NCBI RefSeq assembly: GCF_004010195.1
Contig: NC_057750.1
Span: 3,220,761 to 3,284,760 of the forward strand
DNA: 64,000 nt
Direction of reading: 5' to 3'
Origin: Chiloscyllium plagiosum
Lineage: Eukaryota
Positions 39,101 to 54,100 of this stretch are shown one piece after another. The stretch's first letter is position 1, and every line of letters starts with the position of its first letter. Below the pieces are notes generated by a model, which worked only from the letters and a program-made list of their open reading frames with translations, searched no databases and was not told the DNA's origin. The translations under genes were made by a program, and so were the position numbers.

Positions 39101-42100
39101 GCCATATTAACTTGCCCCATAGTGTCTGGTGGGTTAACCACGAGAAATGCAAGTTTACAGAGTTAGGGTTGGGGGGTGAGTCTGGGTGGGATGTACTTTG
39201 CAGGGTCAATGTGGACTCGATGGGCCGAATGGCCTGCTTCCACACTGCAGGGATTCTATGATTCTATGAATGCCCAGTGGATGTAAAATCCAGATATCAG
39301 GCCTTTGAAACAACATAAACATATCCCATAACTTTCTCCTTTGTTATAATGTCAGTTTATAGAATCTTTCCGTGTAGAAGGGGATTATTTGGCCCATTGT
39401 TCTTAAACTGGCTCTTCAAATGAACTCCCATGTGGAGTCCCAACTACTTCATGTAAGACCGAGAAACACCAGAGTCCTACATTCCAGGCCCCACTACCTT
39501 GTGATTCTTCCTCATGCGTCCCCGTGAAAATTGCCATTTGCTGTCACATGAAGATTCATGACGGAACCTCAGACACCTGGCACCTCCGGATCCAAGGTCA
39601 GCTAACATCAATGACCACTTAACCACACTCTCCTGTTCTTTCCTTACACAGCCTGGCAAATTTCTCCTCTTTCAAGTTCATACCCAGTTCACCTTGTGAA
39701 AAATTCTGATTGAATCCAGATCACAGCACATCACTGCCTAACACAAAACGCCTCATCTATTTTAATTCTTGGATAAAGAAACTTGTGCTTACTCAGCCGT
39801 GTTACCCTTCTCAGTGAAGACTCGCAAGAGGAATTCTCCCTCTTCGTTGGGATTGGCAGTCGATGGGATGATCACGTAGTGGCCTGGTGGCAAACAGCCT
39901 CGCATTGTGACCTCAGCGCTGTTTTTGTGCTCCTTTACAGAGAGAACTGGTGGGTCTTCCTGTAAATCCTCATGAGTCAAGAAAGCTTTTGTGGGGTTTC
40001 CCTGTGAAATTGGACATATACACAGTAGGAGCTATAATTACTAATTTAAAGGAGGGAGAAAGAGAGAGAGAAAGGAGAAAGGGAGAAAGGAAAGAGAGAG
40101 AGGAAGGAGGAAGAGAGAGTGAGAGGAAGGAGAAATAGACAGAGAGAGAGAGAGAGAAAGGAGGGAGAAAGAGAGAGGAAGGAGAAAGAGAGAGAGAGAG
40201 GAAGGAGGAAGAGAGAGGGAGAAAAGAGACAGAGACCGGGTGAAAGGCAGAGGGAGAGATTGGGTGTGTGTGAGAGAGAAAGAGAGAGAAAGAAAGGAAG
40301 GAGAAAGGGGGTGTGGTGAGATGAGGAAAGACAGAGAGGGAGGAAGGAGAGAGAGGGAGAGAAAAAGATAGAGAGACACACAGAGAGGGAGAAAGAGCGA
40401 GGTTGATGGCAGAAAAGAATTGGGATTCCACAGAGCACCCTCACCTTAAAGATATCAATGCCAATATACAGGAAGTTAACTCCTGTAAGCCTCATCCGGC
40501 GCCTGTGTTTCTGCATCAAGGCCACCAGGAATGTGCAGGTCACCTCAGGATCATCAGGATCATCATCTTCTTCAAAGAGGGTGAGTTTGAACTGTGGGTT
40601 CATCCAGTAGTACTTATCTGAAAGCAGTAAACCAAAAAGGAATAACACAGAATAACGTTCTGCACCACTTAGCTTGGGACTTGGGTCATCGGAAATACCT
40701 GGGCATACAAACAGCTCCCCATCCTCTCGCTGTTGGGGCACAACCCTTTCTCACTAACTCAAAGGCAACTTGTTTGCCATTGGGTTAAGAGGCATTAGGA
40801 TGCGCCATTCTCTGTGTTATGATTTAATAATAATGGGCACACATCATAAAGTCAGCACTTTAAAGGGACAGCCATCAAGCAAAGTTTGACACTAAGCCAC
40901 AGAAGGAGATTTTTGCCCACAGAACCAAAAGCTTGATCAATGAGGAGAGTTTAGACGAACATTATAAAAATGGAAGGGAGATCGGAAAGAAGAACTGAAT
41001 TCAGGTGTTTAAACCCTGGACAGCTGGATGCAGGGGGCATCCAATTTTGGACTGAAGGAAATTAGGAATCTGCAAGAGGCCAGAATTTGGAAAATTGTAT
41101 TGAGACTGGAGGATTGTAGGGTTGGAGAAAGTTTCAGAGTAAGAGAGGTCACAGGGAAATTTGAACACAGGATGAGAGTTTAAATATGGATTTGATAGCC
41201 AAAGGAGATCTGTGTGGGTGTGACTTGGTGTGAGTTAGGATAGAAGCAGCCAAGTTTCAGATGAGTGCAAGTTCAGAGAGGGTGGAAAAACACACATGTT
41301 CGGGTGCCCCTTTGAGTCAAATATTCTGAAATGTTCACTCAACGTATGGAGAGAAGTATCTGGACAAACGCTTTGCAGAACTTCATCAAAGTTCCTCAGA
41401 CAGCACCTTCCAAGGACAAGGGCAGCAGTTACGAACACCACCACCTTCAAGCTTCATAGTTTCATAGTAATAGAAGCAGAAATTCTCCTCCAAGCCACTC
41501 ACCATCCTGACATGGAAATATATCGCCATTCCTTCAGTGTCACTGGGTCAAAATTCTGGAATTCCCTCCCTCAGGGGCATTGTGAGTCAACCCACAGCAA
41601 GTGGACTGTGAGGGTTCAAGGCAGCTCACCGCCACCGTCTCAAGAGGCAACTAGGGACGAGCAATAAATGCTGGCCAGCCAGCGACACCCACATCCCACA
41701 AATGAATGAATACAAATACAGCAAGCATCCTTATAACTGCACCAGAGAACGAGGCACTGAGCAGACACATTGGAATGGAGTGTGGAGGGAGGGAAGCGGT
41801 TGCTGCAGATCAGTTGTGTCCTACCTTTGTAATACAAGTTGCCTCCAGCTGAGAAACCCCGAATCCAGCGCCCCTCATACACCATCTGCACCCAGGGTTT
41901 CAGCTTCCCATCCGGGTTGGACAGCTGGGACAGACTCAAGTGACAAATCTCCACATTCCCAAAGTTCTTCTTGAAGTCCTCAATGGACATCCTGATTCAA
42001 GCAAGGAAAATAATCGGACTAGTGAGCAAATAGCACAGAAACAACAGCTTGCATCTACACAGTCATGAATGTTGGTGTCAGCGGTGGTTCAATGGGTCAG

Positions 42101-45100
42101 CAAGCTTTGGATCCAGATCCCATTCCAAAATCTTAAACCTTCAGCTGGAGAAATACTCCCTGTCTAATTCGGAGGGAACACAGCACTTCTGCCCCTCTAC
42201 AACAGCTATGTAGCACCTTTAATGCAATAAAATGATCCATGGCAGAGTGGAGTCTTACAAGGTAAAATCATCAGCAATCTATATGAGGCAATGTTGGGCA
42301 GATGACCAAAAACTTAGTTTTAAGGAGGGTCTTTAAAGGAGAAGGGGAGAGAGAGATACAGAGAAAGAGACTGAAAGAGTGCAACAGAAAGAGATGGAAA
42401 GGATTAGAGAAGGGATTCCATAGCTTAGTCTTTAGGTAACCAAAAGCATGGTCACAAGAATGAGACATTAATCCCAAGGCCCCATCTGCTCTTTCACCAA
42501 GATGGAGGGAGGCAGTTTGAGGCTGTGAGGGCATTTGAGGTTAAAGGTGATGACTTTGTCCAAGTGGGAAGTTGGAGTCAGTATAAGTCAGTGACTAATG
42601 GAGAGTCTGAAATGTACAATCGATCAATCACTTACCAGAACTCTCCATCTTCCAGGTGTACCATCTGCCTACAGTTTGTGTCAGTGACTTGGCTCCACTC
42701 TGCAGACCTGCAAAAATAAAAGACAGTTGTATTAACATCGCACTCAAGATATGTCCCTGAGTACAATGGCACTGAACTAGGCATGTCATTAGTATGGAAC
42801 ATTCCAGAATGCCAATAAGTGTTGTCCAGTGACTTGCAATATAACAAGTAACAGCAGTGTTGATAGAGAGACAAGATGATGTTCCCCAACATCCTCAAGA
42901 CATTCTCCTCCCAGCAACAGTCATAGTTATACAGCACAGAATACAGACCTTTGGTCCAACCTGTACATGCCGATCATAATCTCAAACTAAACTAGTCCCA
43001 CCTGCCTGCTCCTGGCCCATATCCCTCCAAACTTTCTTATTCACATACTTATCCCAATGGCCTTTAAACATTGTAACTGTACCCACATCCACCACTTCCT
43101 CTGGAAGTTCATTCCACACATGAACCGTTCTGTGTAAAAACCATCCATGCCTTCTCTTTCTCCTCTCACCATAAAAATATGGCCCTAAGTCTTGGAATCC
43201 CCCACCTTAGGGAAAAGACACCTGCCATTTCCTAATGCCCTCCATGATTTTATAAATGTCTGTAAGGTCATCTCTCAACCTCCCATGTTCCACTGTAAAA
43301 AGTCCCAGCCTCTCCCCATAAGTCAAACCCTCCATTCCTGGCAACATCCTGTTATTACCTTCCTTGGATTTTGGACAGATGTGCTTGCAGTTAAAAGACA
43401 TATTTTATAAAGTGGAACGTATTGACAAGTTTCACAGGAGTTAATCAAGGCAAATCATTTGACACTGAGCCAGATATGAAAATATTAGGAAATACCTCAA
43501 GGTGGATTTTAAGGAGGATCTTAAAGGAAGAGAAAGAGAGACTAGGGCCCAGACAGTTACCATGGCACAGCAATGGAAATCTGGGGTGCTCAAGGGGTCG
43601 GAATTAGAGAAATGGCAGAGATTTCAGAGTGTTGTAGTGAAGGTTAAAGCGATAATGGAAGGCATGGCTGTGTTCTCAGCAATGACAAGATTTCCACAGA
43701 GGGTATGGAGTCTCAAATAAGTGAATTGCCCCTCTCTCAAATCCAGCAACTTATGTCACACTGACTCATTATAAAGCCAAACTAATACATGGCTGGCATA
43801 CTGAATTAAGCCTCTCCAACTGGATGTTCCGTTGACACATTAAAAGGCAAACTCTAGGTGCAGGTTCTACCTGCATTCATTTTGACTGTCCTTTGCAGGA
43901 TATTGCATACGAAGAATGTTTCACCTGTAACAATAACTCAGTGTTCAATTCAAACAAACCACAATCAGATCACTCTGTGAGAGAGTTCTGTCTTGCAATA
44001 CACACATCAATGACCCTCCAACTACAAAAGACTATAAGACGTGGGAGCAGATGTAGGCCTTTCAGCCCATCAAGTTCTCTCCATAATTCAATGAGATCAC
44101 GGCTCAACTCTGCTTTCCTGCCTTATCCCCATAACCCTGGATTCTGTTACTGATTAAAAATCAGTACAGCTCTGCCTTTGAAAAATTTTAACAAGCCAGC
44201 CTTGATAGCCCTTGCAGTAAAGAATTCCACTGATTCATCAGCCTTGCAGACCAGAAATTTATTCTTTTTGCTGCTTTAAGTGTGTGACCTATTTGTTGGC
44301 TTTTAAAGGTTTCCACTAAACTTTGCCAATTATTATCAAATTAAAAGAAAAAGCACGAGGTATTATGATATTTGAAGATTAAAACTGACATCTAAATGGC
44401 CCAGAAATGGCCCCAGACCCTTGTCCTTACCCATCACTCCAAGCCCCGTTCCACTCGACTCTTCCCCATGGATTGCGAACTCGCACCAACTCTATTCTAT
44501 TGGTCTTCACCTGAACCTGTGAAAAAAGGAAAGGACGAGCAATGATTGAGTCAGGAAATACCTAATAACACTAACGGGCAGCAAAGTTATTAAGAACTGA
44601 TAAAATGCAACAGTCAGAGAAGAATCACTGAGTGCAGTTACTAGAAACAAAAACATTAACATTTATGAAGCAGTTCAATGCCTTGGAGAGAGTGCAGAGG
44701 AAATTTATCAGAACAGTACTAGAAATTAAAAATTACAGCTGATGTGGAGAGACTGAAAAAGCTGGGACTGTTCTTTTCTAAATGTATATATTTATTGAAA
44801 AGAATTTTCACTCTTTTCCAAAAAAAAGCAAAGGTTGTAAAAGTACAAAAGTACAGAAAATTAGAAATAATATCGGACTATTTATATTATAGTAATGTTA
44901 ACAATAAACTGCCCAGTATTCTTCAAGATACAGTCGTCTCGTACTTACATTTTTTTAATAAATATATTTATTGAAAAGCTTTTTTTAAACCTTTTACAAA
45001 ACATTTATATATAAAGCAAAAAAAACCCGTCAAAACTGAAAAAAAAGTACCAAGAAGAAGGCCATAGCATAGTACCATTGTTACTAAACAACCCACTATT

Positions 45101-48100
45101 CTACCAAAACAAACCTATCTACTTAACTAAAACTAAGCTACAAACATATTGAATAAATACCAGCTTAAATTACATTCAAGTTACAGTTATATAATGTCTT
45201 ACTACTTTATTCTGTCTTATTCATCACACCTCCACTGAGGCTCCCATCCCTGGGAGTACCCCCTTCAGTACCCATATTATTTTCCTTCCAGTCCCCTCCT
45301 CCCAGGGCCCCACAGGTGCCAAGAAAGGTTCCCACGGCTATACCATGGCCCTGACTAACATTGCTGACAATATTAGTTTCAATATAATTTAAAAAGGGCC
45401 ACCATGTCCTATAAAACTCTTCCGTTTTGTGGTGCACCATATTTGTGAGGTAATCTTGGGGGAGATGCTCCATCACCAGCTTATGCCACCCCATAAGACC
45501 TGGTGGTTTTTCTGATGTCCAGTTTAGTAAAATATTCTTCCTTGCGCAATGGGCAAGGATATTACACAGTCTCTTTCCATGTTCTCCCAGACAGGGCAAG
45601 TTTGGCAGCCCCAAAAGAAGAATTACTGGATCCATGTTAATTTCAGTCCCCAGAATGTCCTTTAACTCCCTTACTATAGCACTCCAATATCTTTGGATCT
45701 TGCAACATGACCAATAACAATGTATGGGAGTACCTATATTAATTTTACATTTGGGACATTCTGGTGACACTCCTCTCTTAAACTTAGCTAGTCATTTTCG
45801 TGCCATATGAGCCCTGTGTAATATCTTCAATTGCATAGCCTGTGCTCCGTTACATACTGAAATTTTCCGTACATTCCCCCAGATATGTTCCCATATCTAT
45901 GGTGAAATGTCCTGCCCCAGCTCTTGGTCCCACGTCTTACAGAATTCTTCCATCGCCCCCAGAGCACGGCCTTTCTATAAATGATATGAAGTACTAAGTG
46001 AGAGTACCCGTACACCGGAGTCACCTTTTCTCCACATCTGATTTATAACACTGGGCCAGTAGTGTAGTCTTCCTCTGTATATAGTCCCTTATCTGGAAGT
46101 ATCGGAAAAGGTCCTTATTGGATAATCCATTTTTCTGACTTCCTATTAATGGGGGAATGGCTCCCCTTTACATTCCAGGTACACCACTTGAACAGATCGC
46201 TAGCTATGACTGCACACTACAGCCCACAGTCCCCCAAGAGGAAGAAGCCCATTCAATGTGCGACGAGTGGAGAAAAAACAAACTTTATCAAATCTAAAGA
46301 CTAATCCTACAAACACTACCAAAACTACTAGAACTAAAAAACTAACCTCCACTCTTAACTTGAATAAACAAACACAAAAAACACAAATCTCCAGAGATCT
46401 CCCCCTTGCCCATTGGGGGCATTCACTCCCAACCTCACAATCATCCTAACACCTTCCAGTTAACGCCGCGCCCCAATCCCAAGCAATGGGGGAAAGAAAC
46501 ATATTATTTACACTCCTACAAGTTAACAATGGACACCCTTCCCCCTCCCCATCTGAATCTCAACTCCACACATCTTTACATCAAAGGAGTAATCACTACC
46601 CACAGCAAACAGAACAACAGAATAACTAATAACCACCAAACAGATATAAAACACGCCGGATTTTACACCAAAGCAACACCAAGCCTATAAAGCCCGAGAC
46701 CCCAAAAGGGCAAAGAATGAAGAAAGGAAGATAAAAAATATTTTATTATGCCATTGTCTGCTCGCATCTTTTCCTCCTTCCCTCTCAGCCAAAGTCTATC
46801 ATTTCAGCGAGTTCAAAAATTCTTTCCACCGAGTCGAAGTTGTATACAGTTCCCTCACAATTGAAACGTAGCTCTGCCGGGTATCTCAGAGAATACTGCA
46901 TGTTTAAATCTCTTAATCTTTTCTTTACATCATCAAAGCTCTTCCTTTTCTTAATTATGGCCCCAGAAAAGTCATGAAAAAAACATTATCTTCAAACCTT
47001 TGTAAGCCAAAGCCTGTGGATCTCCTCCCAGTCTTCTGGCTGTTTCTACTATTACTTGCTTTTCCTTTGGAGATACCGATATTGGACAGGGGTGGACAAA
47101 GTTAAAAATCACACAACACCAGGTTACAGTCCAACAGGTTTAATTGGAAGCACACTAGCTTTCGGAGCGTCGCTCCTTCATCATTATCACCTGATGAAGG
47201 AGCAGCGCTCCAAAAGCTAGTGCTTCCAATTAAACCTGTTGGACTATAACCTGGTGTTGTGTGATTTTTAACTTTGCTTTTCCTTGTAATGCTGGAGTTG
47301 AGCTAGGACTGGGTGGGTGCACTGGGCCGGCAGGGGACCTGTGCATTGTGATCTGGTAATCCTGCTCCACACTCTCCTGGCTCGACTCAATCTCCAGCCC
47401 CAGCAACTCCAGAAGCCACTTCAAGAGAAAATCAGCAACGTTTTCACCTTCTTCGCACTCCGGTAAGCCCTAGATACATAGATTTTTTTCTCTGACCTCA
47501 ATTTTTGAGGTTGTCTACTTGTTCCTGCAGGTCCCGAACCTGACCTTTCAAGGTTTGGACCCGCCTCTCGGAGCTCTCCGTCACGGCCTCTGATGCTGCG
47601 GTTCTCTGCTCCACCACTTCCACGTGCTGATCCAAAGCTCGGATCTCCTGCTCATGCTTTGTCAGCATGGCCGTAATTGGTTCCAACACTCACTTGATTT
47701 TTTCACGGAGTTTTGCTCCGCTGAATGTAAGGCGCCATCACAGGAGTTGAGGTAACGGCTGCAGGTATACCTGACATAATAGTGGAGTGCCCTACCTGCT
47801 GCCTTTGCTCCCTTTCCCTTGGACGTCTTCATTTCAGCTCCAGATCTGTCAAATCTTAATTTAAAAGGGCTCTCGGTATTCTACCTATTTTACATTACAA
47901 ACTTTCCTCAGGGGTGGTTAACTGGGGGGTGGGTGAGTGCCCTCCTTGCCTGGGGTATGACACAGAGCCCAACACAGCAGACTGCCACCATCTTGAATCT
48001 CCCCACTTTCAGGATTGTTCTTCTTAAAACAGGAAAGGTTAAGGGAATTGCGATCAAAGTGTTCAAACTCATGAAGCGTTCTTACAGGATAAGTAAGAGA

Positions 48101-51100
48101 GAACTGTTTCCACTCCCTGAAGGGACAGTAACCAGAGGACAGAGAATTAAGAGAACTGGCAGAAAAGCAAGAGAAGATGCAGAGAATTTTCTTTTTTAAG
48201 TTCACTGAATTACCTTGGTCTGGGATGTACTGCCCAATAGGCAGGCAGAAGCAGATTCTCATGTTATCTTTCTGAAGGATTCTGGATACATACTCAAAGG
48301 GAAGTAGACTCCAAGGCTATGGAGAAAGTGTGGTAACATTTGGGATTGTTTCCAAGTAGCCAGCAGAGGTACAACAGGCCAAATGGTGATCTCCTCTGCT
48401 GGGGGATTCTATACATCCAAGCCTTGCTGGCTCAGCAGCCAATCTGAACACAGCAAGATCCCGCCAAATGGCCAAAAGAACCCGCTTTATTGATGTCAGT
48501 TGAAGATAGTTATTGATCAGGATGCCAAGGAGATCTCCCCTACTCTTCATCAAAATAGTGGCCTGCAGAACTTTTTACAGCCACCTGAATGGACAGATGA
48601 AGCCTAGGATTGGCACGACATCCGAAACAAAGTATGTTGCAAACTCAGGGAGGGCATCTCCTGAAAGCAACGAATCAATGTTTTGGAGGGAGCTTGGAAA
48701 GTAGAGAAACACCAGAAAGATGCATAATTAAGTTCTTCCCAGTGTCACATAACAGCACAGTGGGTCAACCACTGCTCTGTTATTGGTCTTGACCAACCTG
48801 CTCACCAACAGCAACACAAAAAGTGAAACTACAGGAGGGAGAGTTTCCTCAGCCCTCCAAAGAGCTGCAGAGCATCACCCTGGGACATTGGGGTAGGTGA
48901 GTCCAGAACTAGAGGGCATAGGTTTCGGGTGAGAGGGGAAAGATATAAAAGAGACCTAAGGGGCTACTTTTTTACGCAGAAGGTGGTGCATGTGTGGAAT
49001 GGGCTGCCAGAGGAAATGGTGGAGGCTGGTACAATTGCAACATTTAAAAGGTATCTGGATAGGTATATGAATAGGAAGGGTTTGGAGTGATATGAGCCAG
49101 TTGCAGGAAGGTGGGACTAGATTGGGTTGGGATATCTGGTCGGCATGGTTGGACCGAATGGTCTGTTTCTGTGCTGTACATCTCTTTGACACTCCTTCAG
49201 CCACAGAAATCACAAGGACTGACACAGCTCATGAATAAGATGTGAACTGTAGAAGGGTTGCATTCAGATAACAGTAGTACCTTACCTGGTCTACACCAGT
49301 CACTGAATACGCATGCCCGGTCACGATGCCTTGTTCATTTAATACACCGACTGGCCCCTGCACAGACAATATGACCCATTAGGATACAAAACTCTGTGTC
49401 ATCACAGTTATTGATCGAAGTCATTCATAGTAACTTTGATTTTAAAAAGTTAAAAATCACGCAACACCAGGTTATAGTCCAACAGGTTTAATTGGAAGCA
49501 CACTAGCTTTCGGAGCGACGCTCCTTCACCTGATGAAGGAGCGTCGCTCCGAAAGCTAGTGTGCTTCCAATTAAACCTGTTGGACTATAACCTGGTGTTG
49601 TGTGATTTTTAACTTTGTACACCCCAGTCCAACACCAGCATCTCCAACTCTTGATTTTACAAAAGTAATATCTCCAAATTCCTACACATTTTGAAGGGCC
49701 GTACTTCTGGCATATCATTTCTTCCTTGTCATTAGGTTTTAGGTTTGACTGAAACATTAAGAGGATATTCCCCACTCCCTCTCACTGAGCAATCCAAAAT
49801 ATACCCACACCCTCTCATTGCAATGATCAAATACACCCCACTCCCTCTCACCGTAACACTCAAAAAAAAACCCATTCCCTCTTACTAACGTTCAGATTCT
49901 GAGCCTCTTGCTGGAACATTTATAAAACATTTTAAATGTACAAAAAGTTACAAACAGAGAAACGTATAATACAATGTCATCAGTTTAAAGGAGAAAGTTG
50001 TTAGGAGGGCTGACCAGAGGAATGTCCTAGAAAGAGACAGAGTTGGCAGTGGTTTGGGGAGTGTGAGGCCAAGTTCGGCCAACAACATAGCCTCTAATGG
50101 CAGGGTTAGACCACACTTGGAGTAATGACAGCACAACTAGACATCACATCTTAGGAAGGATAGATTGGCCTTGGAAGGAGTACAATGCAGGTTTACAAGA
50201 ATGACACCTGTACTTCAGAGGTTAAGTTATATGGGGAGATTATACAAATTAGGTCTGTTGTCTCTAGAATTTAGAAGGTTAAGAATGGAGTTTTAAAGAT
50301 AATAACAGACAACGTAGATAAAGATAAACCATTTCCACTGGTTGGAGATTCTAGAACAAGGGGGAATAGTCTGAGAATTAGGAGCAGGCTGTTTAGGGGA
50401 GTTATTAGGAAGCACTTCCACACACAAAAGGTGGTAGAAGTTTGGAACTCTCTTCCACAAGTGGCAGTTGATGCCTGATCAGTTGTTAGTTTTAAATCTG
50501 AAATACCTTTGCTTTACAAAAAATTAAGAGATATGGGCTCAAGGGGCTGAATGGCCTACCACTTTTCCTATGGTTACAGGATTTGGAGATTACAAGGGCA
50601 CACACATATTTAGCGTTTTTATAATGTAAAAAAACTTCCCAAGGTGTTTCACAGAGGGGCAATTAAAATTACAAGTGAGTCTTGGAGTCAATGTAGATTT
50701 GTGAGAATGTGAGTGAACAGCTCTCCCATTATTTTATGAATTCCACCTGAAACAGGTTAACCCATTACCGGTTTAGCACAGCAAATTATTGAGCCTCTCT
50801 CTAGCAGCTTTCTAAGGAATTTCCAAAGATCTTTTGGCATCTCACTCATCTGAAATGATTCAGGAGCTCCTCCAGTGAGATCAACCATTGCTTCTAATGG
50901 GTAGCCAATGTAGAGAGACTCATAGGAGCCCTTCATCCTGTCGGAACAGATAAAAAAAGAGCTCATTAAACAAGGTCATCTTAGCACACACAAGGTTCTT
51001 GAAAGTTTCCTCCCCCCGCCGACTTATTCCCTTTGTCTCAAGCCTTTTTGCCAATTTTCCTGAAAGCACAGACTCTTCCCAGGGAACAGAACCATAGATG

Positions 51101-54100
51101 CCAGCTACTTCATACTATCTAAGTCACTTCAGTGTAAGAGGTTAACCCCTTATTCTGAGACAGTGTCCTGAGTACTAGGTTCCCCAGCCAAGAGAATTTA
51201 GTGTCTCAGCATCTAATCCTGACAGAATTTTATGTTTCAATGAGACTGTGTCTCATTCTTCTAAACTCTAAGGAATATAGACCTAATCTATTTAATCCTT
51301 CCCCAAAGGATAATCCCCTCATCTTTATATAAAGGTGCAGCAGTCTGAAAGGATTAATACTGAGGAGTATCTAAAGCACTACTCATAATTATGTTGGCAT
51401 ACAGAATTGTCAGGGAACAGCTTTAAGATTCCAAAGGAATAAAACCAACTATCCAGGTCCTGCTCAGTTTCTTTAACAATGTCTGTAAATCTGTGTAACT
51501 TGTGCATATCATAAACTACATCTTCAGTAGTACGAGTCTTTTCTCCTTCGAGACGCAAATGGTTTTCTCCACCACACAAAATCAAGTGGATGCTCACCAG
51601 GAAAGAGGATGGTTCAGTAAACTTACCACATAGTATGCAATAGTACAAATATCAACATACAACAAGGTGGTCAGCTATAAGGACTGCTCATATAACACAT
51701 GCTAGGAACAACCTTTTGCACCATGAGCTGAGCTACCTTCAATTTGGCTGCAATAATACCCAATACATGAACTGTACAACTCTCAGAACACACTTACTTG
51801 GCATAGGCTTTCTCCAGGAGTGGGCTCCAGAACTCATTGTTGTCTTTGGAATAAAGGAACGCCAACTTATTGTTAATAGTGGGTAATTGATCATCCACCA
51901 CAACTTCAACCCACTGCCCATACTGCCAGAACTTGGAAAACAAGGAGACGGACAAAGTATTAGGAATGTTAGCAGCAGTGACTTCTCTCTTACAGAGGCT
52001 GCACTCAGAGTGTCAGCCCTCTTGATAGGACTTGAACCTACAACCTTCAGACTTGATGTTGGGAATATTACACACTGCATGAGGTAGCACCCAGTTTCAT
52101 CTGTCAGACAGAATATTTACATTTAACACTGGCATGTTAGAGACACTGGACAGATGAGGACATACCTTAAAGCGGAAACAGCCTGTGTAACCTTCCCCGA
52201 AGCCCTGATCAGGGGGTATAACCTGATCCATCACATGCTTATTGAGACTGAGGCAAGCAATGACTGACAGGAACCAACAGTCACCTAAGAAGAACAGGAA
52301 AGTGTTAATCACTGAGGAAGGAGAGGGACTTTATCCATCCCAGAGAGAGTACTGAATTGGATGTTGCTAGTGTCTCAGTGAGTAAATCCTAGCGTGTTAC
52401 TGGTCCACGTACAACAAAGATGTTTCAGCTTTGACTGATCTTCTGTGGAGGGCTAACCAGGGCAGAGCCAAGATGCTACACTTGGCCTCAGTCCTCAACA
52501 TCGCTAAACTGCTGCCTGTCTGCTGTCAGCTAGCCTCAGTGTGGATGGAAATTCCAAGTCAGGGCCTCCTCATCCACTGCTGCCAGAAGGTTGGGAGAGA
52601 TACTCCAAGAGTTAAATATTGCTACATTTCCCTTTGAAGGAATAAAGATTGTTATCCAATTTATGGCACCATATGAACAGTTTTCCTAAGGCTCAGTCTC
52701 TAAACACCGACTCTCTGTCAGACTTAGAAGTGCAGTTACCTTTGAAAGCTCAGACTTTTCTTTTAGAAAACTGGTATAATCTCTGCAAACCTAAAAGGCA
52801 CAAAACACAACAATGTGCCCAAGGTATTTTTTAATCACTTTGCTCAGCAGTTTCTGGTGCAGGTAGAAATGTGAAGTTGGGTCTCTTGATTCAGAGGTAG
52901 GGACACTACCACTATGCTACAAGAGCCACAGGGCTTAAACTGATCAGTTGCAGAGTTGACTTAGAGCAGGATAGACTTATTGATATTTGCATTTAAGAGA
53001 TGAGTTCTTTGAGGATCTTATGGTGCAGTGGTAGTGTCCCTGCCTCTAGGCCAGGATGTCGAGGTGCTGGTGTTAGACGGGTGTGGACTAAGTCAGAAGT
53101 TGCATGATACCAGATTATAGCCCAACAGGTTTATTTGAAATCGGAACGCTGCTCCATCGCCAGGTGACGTCTAGTTTGGAGACATGGATTTAAGCCTCAT
53201 CTGCTCCAAGACGTGTGTAAAAAATCTCCAAACAAGCTGATTAGAAAATCTCCAAAAGTTATGTTCTTATTTGTTGCTTGCTTAATTAGGTGAGATGATG
53301 GTGGGTTTTCCAAACTAAAAGGAGCTGGGTTCTTACAAGTGGGCACCGCAGGGGCTAGAGTACATTATACCCCCCTCCAGCATTACTCTGATTAAATTCT
53401 CTCGTTTGCTTCACCACCAGTTTAATTTTGTTATTGTGACTCTGCTCCCAGTGAGGTGTTTGGTTTAATTGGTGGTGGATTGACTTTCTTAATAAAAAGG
53501 CAGAGTTCTTCCCCAGTGGGCTGTCAGTTTATGGACAGCAAAAGGGTCAAGTGGGAGAAGATGGAAACTGATGTCTCTGCTGTACTACAGACTTATAATA
53601 AAAGCTTTGTAAATATCTGAAAGCCTTTTACTGCCTAATTCAACATAACAGATACCAGTGTATGAAACACTCCCCAATGTTTAGAGTGTAGGTTTGCTCA
53701 CTGAGCTGTAGGTTTGATATCCAGACGTTTCATTACCTGGCTAGGTAACATCATCAGTGGCGACCTCCAAGTGAAGCGAAGCTGTTGTCTCCTGCTTTCT
53801 ATTTATATCTTTCTCCTGGATGGGGTTCCTGGGGTTTGTGGTGATGTCATTTCCTGTTCATTTTCTGAGGGGTTGATAGATGGTATCTAGATCTATGTGT
53901 TTGTTTATGGCGTTGTGGTTGGAGTGCCAGACATCACCACAAACCCCAGGAACCCCGTCCAGGGACTGACTGTGTGGAGTTTGCACATTCTCCCAGTGTC
54001 TGCGTGGGTTTCCTCCGGGTGCTCCGGTTTCCTCCCACAGTCCAAAGATGTGCAGGTCAGGTGAATTNNNNNNNNNNNNNNNNNNNNNNNNNNNNNNNNN

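Noticed and set aside
39970..40431. Ser/Leu/Phe-rich and Arg/Glu-rich ORFs
   Set aside because: Translations of the GA/TC low-complexity tract
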